A stretch of DNA of 64,000 bases from a virus (Duplodnaviria > Heunggongvirae > Uroviricota > Caudoviricetes): the IMG/VR virus record IMGVR_UViG_3300010882_000009. One strand, 5' to 3'. A program made the translations under genes and the position numbers. This document shows positions 37,238 to 46,665 of the stretch, piece by piece. The notes under the pieces were generated by a model. It did no database searches. It saw only the letters and a program-made list of their open reading frames with translations, and had not been told where the DNA came from. The stretch's first letter is position 1. The number at the start of each line of letters is the position of its first letter.

Positions 37238-37240
37238 TCT

Positions 37241-37537
37241 ATGCATGTTGTGTTGTTATATATTGTATCATATGGATATGGATTGACACCAATTCATATC
37301 AAAATTCTAGCAAATCAATTAAATGTTGACGAAGATTATAGGTTTATTGAGTTGCATGAAAATAACTTATCTGCATATGGATTTATTTCAAGTAGTTATT
37401 ATCATGAATATGATTATAATTCAGAAAGAATAGCAGTGCAGATGCATGAAATAATTGGTGATTGGACATTGTTAAGTTATCATAATGAATATACTATTAG
37501 TGATAATAAAACATTCTTAATATATTGTGAGAGATAA
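37241..37537 (+). CDS. hypothetical protein
   Basis: closely follows upstream gene. Confidence 0.5.
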   Translation: MHVVLLYIVSYGYGLTPIHIKILANQLNVDEDYRFIELHENNLSAYGFISSSYYHEYDYNSERIAVQMHEIIGDWTLLSYHNEYTISDNKTFLIYCER

Positions 37538-37549
37538 TGAGGTGAAATA

Positions 37550-38023
37550 TTGAAAAATAACGGATTAAGGATTGTTAATGACTTTGACTATATCATTCTT
37601 GATAGAATAATGGAAGATAATCAGAATATTATTGATAGTGGTATGTGTTGGAATGAAAATTATATTACACTTGATGATATTCGAAGTGGAATCGCTAATA
37701 GAATAGAAGAACAAACCGAACAATACAAACCACACTACTATAAACATGAAACTTTTAAATCTGATGAGTGGCACATTGGCAGAGTAATATATTTTGTAAA
37801 TAATCCAGACATGATAACGCCTATAGATATTACAGCAGATATTTATAGCAATAGATATAAGTGCATACAAAAAACAAATGTTAGTATTGATGATGGTCAT
37901 CATAGACTAATAGCACACTTGATTTTAGGTAATAAAATTATTAAGGCATACTACAGTGGAAGGTGTGACTTACTAGATTATCTAACCGGGCAGACTGACA
38001 AGAAGCCTATAGAGTGGGTATGA
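37550..38023 (+). CDS. ParB/Srx-fold (ParB-like nuclease domain) protein (TTG start)
   Basis: C-terminal DDGHHRLIAHLILGNKIIKAY resembles ParB N-domain core; RBS atgaggtga. Confidence 0.5.
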   Translation: MKNNGLRIVNDFDYIILDRIMEDNQNIIDSGMCWNENYITLDDIRSGIANRIEEQTEQYKPHYYKHETFKSDEWHIGRVIYFVNNPDMITPIDITADIYSNRYKCIQKTNVSIDDGHHRLIAHLILGNKIIKAYYSGRCDLLDYLTGQTDKKPIEWV

Positions 38024-38099
38024 TATACTCATTATTAATATAGCAAGTATCAGAAATACAAAGAATAAAATTATAAATAGGATTAAAGGGGATGATATT

Positions 38100-38387
38100 A
38101 TGACAGTATATGTTGTTACATATCATTATAATACAAAAAAAGATTGTTCTGGAGCGATGTGTGTTGGTACTTTTGCTGATGAGAATGAAGCATATAGTAA
38201 AATGCTAAATGAATATGCAGATAAATATGAGGAAATTATAAGAAATGGAAATTCAGGCTACATTAATCTTGAATCTACTTATATAGATAATTTAGAAGCA
38301 AAAATAAAACTTGACTTGAATTCAGAAGAGATATACATATTGAATTGGTGTATTTCAGAACATACAGTACGGCAAAATGCAATATGA
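38100..38387 (+). CDS. hypothetical protein
   Basis: RBS aaaggggatga. Confidence 0.55.
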   Translation: MTVYVVTYHYNTKKDCSGAMCVGTFADENEAYSKMLNEYADKYEEIIRNGNSGYINLESTYIDNLEAKIKLDLNSEEIYILNWCISEHTVRQNAI

Positions 38388-38463
38388 GAAAATTATTAGT
38401 CGGTGCAAATATTAATATGCGATATGCAGAGCAGCTTATAATTAAAATAGAAAGGTTGATACT

Positions 38464-38697
38464 ATGTTAAATATATTTGAACAAGCTGATAATAACCTGA
38501 GTAAAGGATGCGAAAGAGAAGTTATGGATAGAATATACGACAAATTATTCAACAACGATGAAATGCCAAAGTTCCCAATAGAAGAAATAGATGACCAATG
38601 TATAAACCATGACGAAAAAAGAATTGAGTTTGCAATAAGAGGGAATTTATACCATGTTCATGTTGCATTAGCAGATCAAAAATTGGTGATAAAATGA
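38464..38697 (+). CDS. hypothetical protein
   Basis: RBS gaaaggttga. Confidence 0.55.
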   Translation: MLNIFEQADNNLSKGCEREVMDRIYDKLFNNDEMPKFPIEEIDDQCINHDEKRIEFAIRGNLYHVHVALADQKLVIK

Positions 38698-39014
38698 TTA
38701 ATAATAATAAAACAGATAATAGCAACAAAATTATACTTGATTTATGTGGTGGAACAGGGAGTTGGGCTAAACCATATGCTGATGCAGGATATAATGTAAT
38801 AACAATAACATTGCCTGATTATGATGTAACAGATGTTGTGTTTTCAGATGATTATATGGTGTTTAATAAACAAACATATAATGTAAATGATTTGGGAATT
38901 AAATATGAAGATGTTTATGGAATATTAGCGGCCCCACATATTACTATTAATGCATGCTTAAAGATTATAGAAAAATGCAAACCTAAATTTTGGGCATTAG
39001 AGAATCCAGTTTGA
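38694..39014 (+). CDS. hypothetical protein
   Basis: ATGA stop/start overlap with upstream gene. Confidence 0.5.
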   Translation: MINNNKTDNSNKIILDLCGGTGSWAKPYADAGYNVITITLPDYDVTDVVFSDDYMVFNKQTYNVNDLGIKYEDVYGILAAPHITINACLKIIEKCKPKFWALENPV

Positions 39015-39042
39015 TATCTGCGCGAAAATAAGTAATATAGTG

Positions 39043-39067
39043 AATAGAACCGTTATTCTATTCAAAT
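39043..39067 (+). promoter_or_regulatory. motif copy
   Basis: AATAGAA-ccgtta-TTCTATT-CAAAT. Confidence 0.6.
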
Positions 39068-39105
39068 AAAAGATATAAACTGTTATGTAGATTAGGAGGC
39101 CTGAT

Positions 39106-40218
39106 ATGAAAACATATGTAGGTAAGTACGAGTCAGCAAGAAAACTTGGTGAAAAAATTAAAGCAAATGGATACAATCATGTGGTAGAAAGAATTGATGG
39201 CAATGTAACTGGTAAAATAGTTTTAACACGTACTACCAATTTTGAAGAAGGCCGTGAACACTGGACAGAAGTTGATAAAATAATACTTACTACATCTTTT
39301 AATGGTGAGACAGATAACAAAGTAGAAGTTTTTGAACAGTCTGAACATGTAAATGAGATTATAAATAAAAGAACAATAAAACATATTATCAAAGAAGTCG
39401 ATCCAGATGGTTGTGAATTTAGTTTCTATTTTGAAGACGATGGAATTAAAAGCAATATTGATTGGAGAGAAACAGAAAAGAAATTTAGTACTTATACCGA
39501 ATGGGAATATAAGCGTGATGATAATGGTATATGCATCCGCAATAATAAACTTGATTCAAATGGCAACCCAATAACAAAACAATATGAGTTGAATCCGTAT
39601 GGTTATAATTTATTCGTAATATGCAATGATCGCTATGGTAGAACAAGTGGGTTTAATAATGAAGAATATAATATACTTGTAAAAGAATTTGACAAATGCG
39701 CAGAAGAAGTATTAGACATTGACTGTGCATGCTCTAATTACAGTAGCTATGGTGCAATGCTAGTTGATTACGGATTGATTAACAATAAATATAATGGTAA
39801 GGCAATCAAGTCTCTTGTGGAATTATTTAAAGATGATTGTGAATCTTCAGCAGAAAATATAGCAAGAATGCTTTCTATTGTAAGAAAAGAAGAGTGGGAC
39901 ATTATTAGTGTATCAGGTTATAGCCAGGGTGATTACGCTTATGTTCTTTACTGTAAAGATCACTTTAAAGATGAGAAGTCAGCACGTTCTTATGGAGAGA
40001 TATGGTTAGGTTGTGGAAAAGAATTTTATGTAATTGATTTAGATGAAGACGGAGAAGAAACACATTCTTGTGGTGGTTATATTATATCAGATTGTCAAGC
40101 GTATCGCGATGAAGATTATAAAAAGATTATTTGTGAGTGGGCTTGTATAAAAGAAGAAGAAACAGAATTACAGATGATTGATGGAAGTAGTATAGAATAT
40201 AGTTATCGTATTGCATAA
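39106..40218 (+). CDS. hypothetical protein (370 aa), GC-richer than surroundings
   Basis: RBS taggaggcc; no recognisable domain. Confidence 0.6.
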   Translation: MKTYVGKYESARKLGEKIKANGYNHVVERIDGNVTGKIVLTRTTNFEEGREHWTEVDKIILTTSFNGETDNKVEVFEQSEHVNEIINKRTIKHIIKEVDPDGCEFSFYFEDDGIKSNIDWRETEKKFSTYTEWEYKRDDNGICIRNNKLDSNGNPITKQYELNPYGYNLFVICNDRYGRTSGFNNEEYNILVKEFDKCAEEVLDIDCACSNYSSYGAMLVDYGLINNKYNGKAIKSLVELFKDDCESSAENIARMLSIVRKEEWDIISVSGYSQGDYAYVLYCKDHFKDEKSARSYGEIWLGCGKEFYVIDLDEDGEETHSCGGYIISDCQAYRDEDYKKIICEWACIKEEETELQMIDGSSIEYSYRIA

Positions 40219-40224
40219 TATTTA

Positions 40225-40249
40225 AATAGAATTGAATTTCTATTCAAAT
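40225..40249 (+). promoter_or_regulatory. motif copy
   Basis: AATAGAA-ttgaat-TTCTATT-CAAAT. Confidence 0.6.
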
Positions 40250-40282
40250 ATTATTAATAAAATATTAAAGAGGAGTAGTTTT

Positions 40283-40651
40283 ATGTTAAATAAAATTAAA
40301 CTTTATTCTTTAGTTAACTACTTTGATGTATGGGGTAATGATGAAGATGGTTATGAGGTTAATAATATAAGTTTTTACTGTAATAATATTCCTATTTCAG
40401 ATGATACTAGCCAACAAGATATACTCGATATGTTAGTTAAAATTGGATTCTTAACAACAAATAATATTTCTCTATATGAAATTTCGGATAATGCTGATGG
40501 ATTCATTGAAATATTCCAAGCAGATAATTTGTATCCGTTGTGTTCATTAAGAGAACACTCACCTAGCAATGGAAGCCCATACCCTACTATGTCAGATAAG
40601 AAGATTATAAAATTATTAGCTGGTTTTTATTTTAACCTGCTAACAATCTAG
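40283..40651 (+). CDS. hypothetical protein
   Basis: RBS agaggagtag. Confidence 0.5.
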   Translation: MLNKIKLYSLVNYFDVWGNDEDGYEVNNISFYCNNIPISDDTSQQDILDMLVKIGFLTTNNISLYEISDNADGFIEIFQADNLYPLCSLREHSPSNGSPYPTMSDKKIIKLLAGFYFNLLTI

Positions 40652-40695
40652 TTTAAAACAAAATATAAAATAAACATAAAAGGCTGGTGTATTTT

Positions 40696-41145
40696 ATGGT
40701 TGTGGAAAATAGTATGCCTTGTAATGATTGTATACATGAGGATGTATGCATGTACAAAGAAAAATATAAAGAATCTTTTCATATTATTATGAATGTAGAA
40801 ATTGCAAACGAAGATTTGATTGATGTAGAAGTAAAATGCAAGAAACAAAATTTAAAAAGCATCGTCAGTCCAAGTGTTAATATGAAAGCAGAAACTAAGG
40901 AATTGTATAATTATACTATTAATAATTTTGAAAAAGAATTAAATAATAAAGAATTAAATAATGTAAGCCTAACAAGCGTTGTGCCTATTATTAAGGTTGG
41001 ACTTATTGTTAAGAAGGCAATGACAATGTATATACAAAACTATTGTAATACTTCTGATATACTTTCTGATAACAATCCCTTCTCTAAAAATGATTTTATA
41101 AATGCTGCAAATATGGTTTGGGAATATAGACAAAATATGAATTGA
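40696..41145 (+). CDS. hypothetical protein
   Basis: RBS aaaggctggtg. Confidence 0.5.
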   Translation: MVVENSMPCNDCIHEDVCMYKEKYKESFHIIMNVEIANEDLIDVEVKCKKQNLKSIVSPSVNMKAETKELYNYTINNFEKELNNKELNNVSLTSVVPIIKVGLIVKKAMTMYIQNYCNTSDILSDNNPFSKNDFINAANMVWEYRQNMN

Positions 41146-41177
41146 TAACAAGCATATATTATAAGGAGTTGATATAA

Positions 41178-41858
41178 ATGGCAACTATAAAAATAGATTT
41201 AGATACAGATATTTTGCCAATAGTAGACGTTGGAATGTATGAAACTATTCTATCTATAGATAACATGTTTGATGAGACTGATAGTGTTGTATATGAGGCA
41301 AGTAATATATCTAAAAACGACAAAATATATTATGAAGCACACTGCAATACTAATATAGAGAAATATAAAAATATTATTACTGAATATGCATTAAATTGTA
41401 TAAAAGACTTCTTCAATGTACATATGAATAAAGAAGGTTGGGATGTTAAAGTTCTCGATAAGGCATGGATTTGGAGTCCTCAATATTATAACTATAATTC
41501 AGACCGCTTAGAATTTTCTATAGAAATAGATGATAAAGAATTTGCAAAATTGTGTGACACAGCACTTGGAGATAAGAAATTTTTAAAATGGGCATACGAA
41601 CAATATAAATCATATGATGGATTTATGTGTTTATTTCCACAGACAAAAGATGAGTTTATTCAATCAATATGTAAAAAAGATTATTATAAAATTGTATCAG
41701 CATGGTTTAGTTATCTTGGTGGATATTTTATAGGAAAATACGGATATATATATGATATATGCGAAGATATTGGATGCAACTATTCATATTATGACTTTTT
41801 AGAAGATGATAAATCAAAGCAGATATGGTTAGATGCATATGATGGAAGAATAAAATAG
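41178..41858 (+). CDS. hypothetical protein, paralogue of 33440-34114
   Basis: RBS taaggagttg; shared motifs listed at 33440. Confidence 0.55.
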   Translation: MATIKIDLDTDILPIVDVGMYETILSIDNMFDETDSVVYEASNISKNDKIYYEAHCNTNIEKYKNIITEYALNCIKDFFNVHMNKEGWDVKVLDKAWIWSPQYYNYNSDRLEFSIEIDDKEFAKLCDTALGDKKFLKWAYEQYKSYDGFMCLFPQTKDEFIQSICKKDYYKIVSAWFSYLGGYFIGKYGYIYDICEDIGCNYSYYDFLEDDKSKQIWLDAYDGRIK

Positions 41859-41901
41859 AATTATGTGTATATAAAAAATACAGAAAGGTGGTAAGTTTAT
41901 T

Positions 41902-42084
41902 ATGAAAGAAAAAAATAGCGAAATAATATACCAGTTTTATCCTGCTGTTATAATGTTCAAAAGCGGAAAGACTAATGAATTTAATATTTCGGCAAGATCA
42001 AATGATGAAGCAGAAGAATTATTACAAATTAAAGCTTCAAGACGCAAATGTGTTACTGGTACATTTTTAGAGTATAAAGACTAA
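41902..42084 (+). CDS. hypothetical protein
   Basis: RBS gaaaggtgg. Confidence 0.5.
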   Translation: MKEKNSEIIYQFYPAVIMFKSGKTNEFNISARSNDEAEELLQIKASRRKCVTGTFLEYKD

Positions 42085-42123
42085 TAGATTATGATCCAAT
42101 ATAATAAATAAAGGATGGTTATT

Positions 42124-42375
42124 ATGAGAATTGTAAAAACAGGAATTAATTGCATAATTATTAACGACAATATGCTTATAAGCTACGAAACTCACGTAGC
42201 AAGTGTTGTAAATAAAAAAATAGTAAGGCACTGGGATGGGTATAGCATGTCAACATTAAAACATATTAATATGTTCTTAGATTATAACGGCATTGAGAAA
42301 ATAAATAAGAAAATTTGGGAAAGTATGCCTATTGTTCAAGCAGTTGTTAGCGTTGAGTTGAAAGCTGCATCATAA
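42124..42375 (+). CDS. hypothetical protein
   Basis: RBS aaaggatgg. Confidence 0.5.
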   Translation: MRIVKTGINCIIINDNMLISYETHVASVVNKKIVRHWDGYSMSTLKHINMFLDYNGIEKINKKIWESMPIVQAVVSVELKAAS

Positions 42376-42510
42376 TTCAATCTTTATATAATGGTTTTTA
42401 TATATAAAAAAGAATATAATAGAATGCATAAAGTGGCTTGGACTACATATTATTTTTAGGATAGTGCTTTGGGAATTTTATGGAGTATCATTTATTAGGG
42501 GGAATCCGTT

Positions 42511-42717
42511 ATGATTAAACATACAAGAATGATAATTGTAGTAAGTGGAGGTAGGGTTCAAAATGTATATTCAGATAATTTAAATGTTGACATAGAAGTT
42601 CTTGATGAAGATACTATTGAGTATAACTATGATGATGATACAGGAGAATATAATAATCTACCAAGTGAATATGTAGAGTTATATGATGAAATTAAAGAAT
42701 TAAAACGAGTGCTTTAA
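42511..42717 (+). CDS. acidic hypothetical protein
   Basis: RBS tagggggaa. Confidence 0.55.
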   Translation: MIKHTRMIIVVSGGRVQNVYSDNLNVDIEVLDEDTIEYNYDDDTGEYNNLPSEYVELYDEIKELKRVL

Positions 42718-42721
42718 TCTA

Positions 42722-42746
42722 AATAGAACTGCTATTTGATTAAAAT
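42722..42746 (+). promoter_or_regulatory. motif copy (variant right half)
   Basis: AATAGAA-ctgcta-TTTGATT-AAAAT. Confidence 0.55.
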
Positions 42747-42835
42747 GGGGTGTGCTGATTGTTATAATAATAAGTATTGCAATTATTATTTATCTATGAT
42801 ATTATTAATAATAAATATTAGATAGGGGTACATTA

Positions 42836-43054
42836 ATGGATATTAATAAAAATAAAATTGATAAAACTCATTGGAAACGAATTAACTTCTATGATAATAA
42901 ATATACTATTCTAATTAACGAAAATGGAGTTCCTATGGAAGCATTACGATATGGAGAACCATGGCAAGATATAATAGGAGATAATCTAATATATCATATG
43001 CTTTGTAGGATATTAGAATTAGAAGATGAAATAGAATCTCTTAAAGCAATATAA
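42836..43054 (+). CDS. hypothetical protein
   Basis: RBS ataggggta. Confidence 0.5.
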   Translation: MDINKNKIDKTHWKRINFYDNKYTILINENGVPMEALRYGEPWQDIIGDNLIYHMLCRILELEDEIESLKAI

Positions 43055-43103
43055 TATAAATATTAATTAGCAATTTATTTTATCATAAAAAAGGAGAATA
43101 AAA

Positions 43104-43343
43104 ATGGAAAATAAATTATATAATATTGCAATATCAAAATTTACAGATGAAATATTTGAGAAAAATAAAGCATATGATATAGATAATATTATTGATAATT
43201 GTATATATATTACATCACGTAGGAATAAAAATATTATTTTAGGAATTGATGATACTGATTTTATATTTATTTTGAATGCTACAAAAGAATTTCTGATTCA
43301 GATATTTAATATATATGGTATTACCAACTATAAATTTGAATAG
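43104..43343 (+). CDS. hypothetical protein, paralogue of C-terminal half of 29759-30220
   Basis: RBS aaaaggaga. Confidence 0.5.
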   Translation: MENKLYNIAISKFTDEIFEKNKAYDIDNIIDNCIYITSRRNKNIILGIDDTDFIFILNATKEFLIQIFNIYGITNYKFE

Positions 43344-43363
43344 AACTAAGTTTCTATTAAAAT
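43339..43363 (+). promoter_or_regulatory. motif copy
   Basis: AATAGAA-ctaagt-TTCTATT-AAAAT. Confidence 0.65.
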
Positions 43364-43507
43364 ATTTTATAACATATATAAGGAGTGATAATTATTTGGT
43401 ATATTGTAATATCTGTTGTAGCATTAGTAACGATATGTTTTTTAAATAAATTTAAAATAAATAAATATAAACATAATGATAATGATAAATATAGGAGCAA
43501 AATTAAT

Positions 43508-43978
43508 ATGCAAGAATATTATATGTCAGATTATACCAGAGCATTATGTAGAGCTATAATTGCACATGATAAACAATATGATGAATCAGGATTGCCATAT
43601 GTGATTCATTTAATAGCAGCATCTGAACTTCTTGATACTAATGAAGGAAAAATAGCAGCTATATTACATGACATCATTAACATGAATCATGATAACGATT
43701 TATTAAATATAAATTTAATAGAAAAAGACTTTGATGAAAATATTGCAAGTATTGTTGATTGTCTTACAAAACAAGAAAGAGAAACATATGAACAATATAT
43801 GCATCGTGTTTGCAAAAATGAAATTGCAATTAAAATAATAATTGCTAAATTAAAAATTAAAATAAATAAAACACTATATGATGAAGATATTATTGTTAAA
43901 TTAGAAGATAAATTTAATGAATGGAATAAATGGATTAATATTTTAGAAAAATGTTTAGAAAAATATAATAAAAAATGA
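43508..43978 (+). CDS. HD-domain protein with RelA/SpoT (Mesh1-like small alarmone hydrolase) fold; ED diad not conserved
   Basis: AHDKQYDESGLPYVIHLIAASELL..KIAAILHDIINM matches SpoT HD region; RBS ataggagc; track start 43385 would add a TM segment. Confidence 0.55.
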   Translation: MQEYYMSDYTRALCRAIIAHDKQYDESGLPYVIHLIAASELLDTNEGKIAAILHDIINMNHDNDLLNINLIEKDFDENIASIVDCLTKQERETYEQYMHRVCKNEIAIKIIIAKLKIKINKTLYDEDIIVKLEDKFNEWNKWINILEKCLEKYNKK

Positions 43979-43988
43979 GGGCGATTGC

Positions 43989-44675
43989 ATGAATTTGTAT
44001 GATTTAAAGTCTGGAATGAGAGTAAGAACAAGAAATAATAATATGTATTTAGTAATTGAAAACTATATTACCGAAAAATATGGTAAACTTAATTTTATAT
44101 TGGCAAATTTTAATGGAGGAGGATTTAACGTCCCATGTTCTTATTCTGAAAATATGTGTAATCATTCAAATAATTTATATGATATAATGGAAGTATATAT
44201 TCCATGTACAGATAATGATATATTAAAAACATGTGAAAGTAGAATTAAATCAATTTGGCAACGCAATGAAGTAACTTTTGATAATTGTGATAATAGAATC
44301 TTGTATATAGACGATATGTTTTGTGATAGTAGAATATTGAGACAAGATATTGTCAATATGATGAAAAATAAAAATATACATACAAGCGTTATAGATTTAA
44401 GAGATGTAGATAATTTGCCAAGTGAAATTTGTGATTTTGATTTCATTTTGATAAATATTAATGATGTAACTAATTATATTTTATTATTAATAAGTAGGTT
44501 GCAAAAAATATTTTCATATTCATATTTTATAATTCTAACAAAAAATGATTCAGTTTCAGCAATGAAAGAATTAATTAATAATGGAATTAATGGTTATATT
44601 AATACAAGCAGCGATGAATATGATATTGTTTTAAATGATATTAGTTCACTCATAGATAGAAAGTTAGCGGAATAA
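43989..44675 (+). CDS. two-domain protein: N-domain paralogous to 51769-52110, C-terminal CheY-like receiver (REC) fold
   Basis: DFDFILININD..IILTKNDSVSAMKELINNGINGYI resembles REC acidic pocket and alpha4-beta5; RBS tgagggcg. Confidence 0.5.
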   Translation: MNLYDLKSGMRVRTRNNNMYLVIENYITEKYGKLNFILANFNGGGFNVPCSYSENMCNHSNNLYDIMEVYIPCTDNDILKTCESRIKSIWQRNEVTFDNCDNRILYIDDMFCDSRILRQDIVNMMKNKNIHTSVIDLRDVDNLPSEICDFDFILININDVTNYILLLISRLQKIFSYSYFIILTKNDSVSAMKELINNGINGYINTSSDEYDIVLNDISSLIDRKLAE

Positions 44676-44701
44676 ATTAAGATTATGTTGTATTATATTT
44701 A

Positions 44702-44726
44702 AATAGAATCATTATTCTATGAAAAC
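44702..44726 (+). promoter_or_regulatory. motif copy
   Basis: AATAGAA-tcatta-TTCTATG-AAAAC. Confidence 0.55.
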
Positions 44727-44758
44727 TTTTGTGATAATTAATAATAGGAGTGTTTATT

Positions 44759-44983
44759 ATGTCAAAATTTATTAGAAATTATAATGTTATATCAACTGGA
44801 AACGAAGATTTTAATACAATGATAGTAGATAAATATACTTGTATTATTTATAATAGAAGTTCAGGGCATAGTGATAAGGTGTTTTATCAAATGATTAATA
44901 ATGCATCCTCTAAAATAAAACCAGAACCATATTGGGCAAAGCATTATACAAATAGTAATGTTATGCATAGGTATTTTGGATAA
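44759..44983 (+). CDS. hypothetical protein
   Basis: RBS taggagtg. Confidence 0.45.
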   Translation: MSKFIRNYNVISTGNEDFNTMIVDKYTCIIYNRSSGHSDKVFYQMINNASSKIKPEPYWAKHYTNSNVMHRYFG

Positions 44984-45020
44984 CAAATTATTAATAATAA
45001 AAAGAATGCGTAGGTGAACG

Positions 45021-45122
45021 ATGGTGAAAAACAAAATATTATTCGTATTATCTTGTATATTAGGACAGCTTATTTTGGGATATATTATTTTTGGTATACT
45101 ATATTTATTATTTATTAAATAA
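45021..45122 (+). CDS. possible 33-aa membrane peptide
   Basis: RBS gtaggtga; fully hydrophobic. Confidence 0.3.
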   Translation: MVKNKILFVLSCILGQLILGYIIFGILYLLFIK

Positions 45123-45144
45123 GCAAATTTATGGAGATGGCTAT

Positions 45145-45441
45145 ATGATTATAAATATTGATCCAAATAAAAGATATATGTTAACTACAATTTCACATTC
45201 TGTAGGATGGAATATATATAGTGAGATATATACAGACTATACATCTGCATATAATGAAATGGTTAATAAATTAAATGCAAGTGTATGTAATGCATATAAT
45301 GATGTTACAGGTAAATTTGAAGAATGTACGCTAGATGATTATGAAGAAGGAGATTTTTGGGGTTTATCAAATGATTTTGCATGGTCTGATATTAGTCATA
45401 ATTGTTCAGATGCTTGGGTTATTACAGAATTAATAATATAA
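45145..45441 (+). CDS. hypothetical protein
   Basis: RBS atggagatgg before ATG. Confidence 0.45.
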   Translation: MIINIDPNKRYMLTTISHSVGWNIYSEIYTDYTSAYNEMVNKLNASVCNAYNDVTGKFEECTLDDYEEGDFWGLSNDFAWSDISHNCSDAWVITELII

Positions 45442-45474
45442 ATATTAAATAATAATTTAAGGAGATGATAATTA

Positions 45475-45927
45475 ATGGCTGGAGCAGATTATGGAGTTCT
45501 TATCTTTAATAAAGATAGATTATTAAATAATAATGGCAATGATACAACATATAAAGGAATTGACTTTCTAACTTGTAGAGGAACTATTTTTAGAATTAAA
45601 AATAGATATTGGAAAATAGATGGATTGATTAATGAGTTAGATGGATTTAATAATATTAGTACAGATGAAAATATTGTATTTGGAAAATATGAACATGACT
45701 TGATTACTGCATTTGCACTAGTTGATGAGCATGATATTACATATATGCAGATTGACATTAGTGGAATAAAATTTTATACTGTAGGCGGATATATTTATAA
45801 TGATATATTGCTTGAAACATATTTTAATTCATCATTAAAAGATGATTTTAAAATAAAAAATTTTCAACGTATAGCAATAGATGATATTAAAAATCGCATT
45901 ACAAGATATAAAAAATTATATAAATAG
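45475..45927 (+). CDS. hypothetical protein
   Basis: RBS taaggagatg. Confidence 0.55.
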   Translation: MAGADYGVLIFNKDRLLNNNGNDTTYKGIDFLTCRGTIFRIKNRYWKIDGLINELDGFNNISTDENIVFGKYEHDLITAFALVDEHDITYMQIDISGIKFYTVGGYIYNDILLETYFNSSLKDDFKIKNFQRIAIDDIKNRITRYKKLYK

Positions 45928-45946
45928 ATTATAAGGAGATGATAAT

Positions 45947-46126
45947 ATGGATAATAATATGATAAAAGAAAAAATTGTACGAAGAGATAAAGACGGTCAT
46001 TTAGAAATATTTTTAGGGGATGGCTTTTATAAAGCATATATGATTTTTGCACACGAAGATATTAAAAATTTTATTTTTGATGCAGCGGAACGTATATTAG
46101 AGTACGAACAAAAAGATAACGAGTAA
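45947..46126 (+). CDS. hypothetical 59-aa protein
   Basis: RBS taaggagatg; below track cut-off. Confidence 0.45.
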   Translation: MDNNMIKEKIVRRDKDGHLEIFLGDGFYKAYMIFAHEDIKNFIFDAAERILEYEQKDNE

Positions 46127-46139
46127 ATAATAATAAGAG

Positions 46140-46565
46140 ATGAGTGGTAATATGTATGTTAATTGGATTAAATGTAATGATAGAATGCCAGGAACAGAAG
46201 ATGTAAATAATATTGTAAGTTATGTTTGGACATTTAATAAGTACCATAAAGTAGGAATTTCTCACTGGATTGATGTAAGAAGTGATGTTAAGATGAATGG
46301 GGTTACACATTGGGCGGCTATATACATAGAAAAACCTTCTAACTATCCCAATTATCCAAATCAAGAAATAGAAAATAATGTTAGCTATTCTGTTGTGTCA
46401 GAAGATAAAGAATATGGAGAATATATTGAAGAAGACTATGGCGATAATTATGACGATGCATTATCTGGATATAATAGTTTAATTAACGATAGTTTAGCTT
46501 CGCAGGAATATAAATTTGTTCATCTTATACAAACGAAAATATTAGAACAATCTGATTTTAACTAG
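46140..46565 (+). CDS. hypothetical protein
   Basis: track ORF; start 46140 or 46152. Confidence 0.5.
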   Translation: MSGNMYVNWIKCNDRMPGTEDVNNIVSYVWTFNKYHKVGISHWIDVRSDVKMNGVTHWAAIYIEKPSNYPNYPNQEIENNVSYSVVSEDKEYGEYIEEDYGDNYDDALSGYNSLINDSLASQEYKFVHLIQTKILEQSDFN

Positions 46566-46616
46566 TATTAACATAAAATAATAGATTGTGTATGAATATG
46601 CGCTATGAAGTATCTT

Positions 46617-46641
46617 AATAGAAGTATGCTTCTATTAAAAA
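46617..46641 (+). promoter_or_regulatory. motif copy
   Basis: AATAGAA-gtatgc-TTCTATT-AAAAA. Confidence 0.65.
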
Positions 46642-46665
46642 TTATATTTAAAGGAGCTTATTAAA

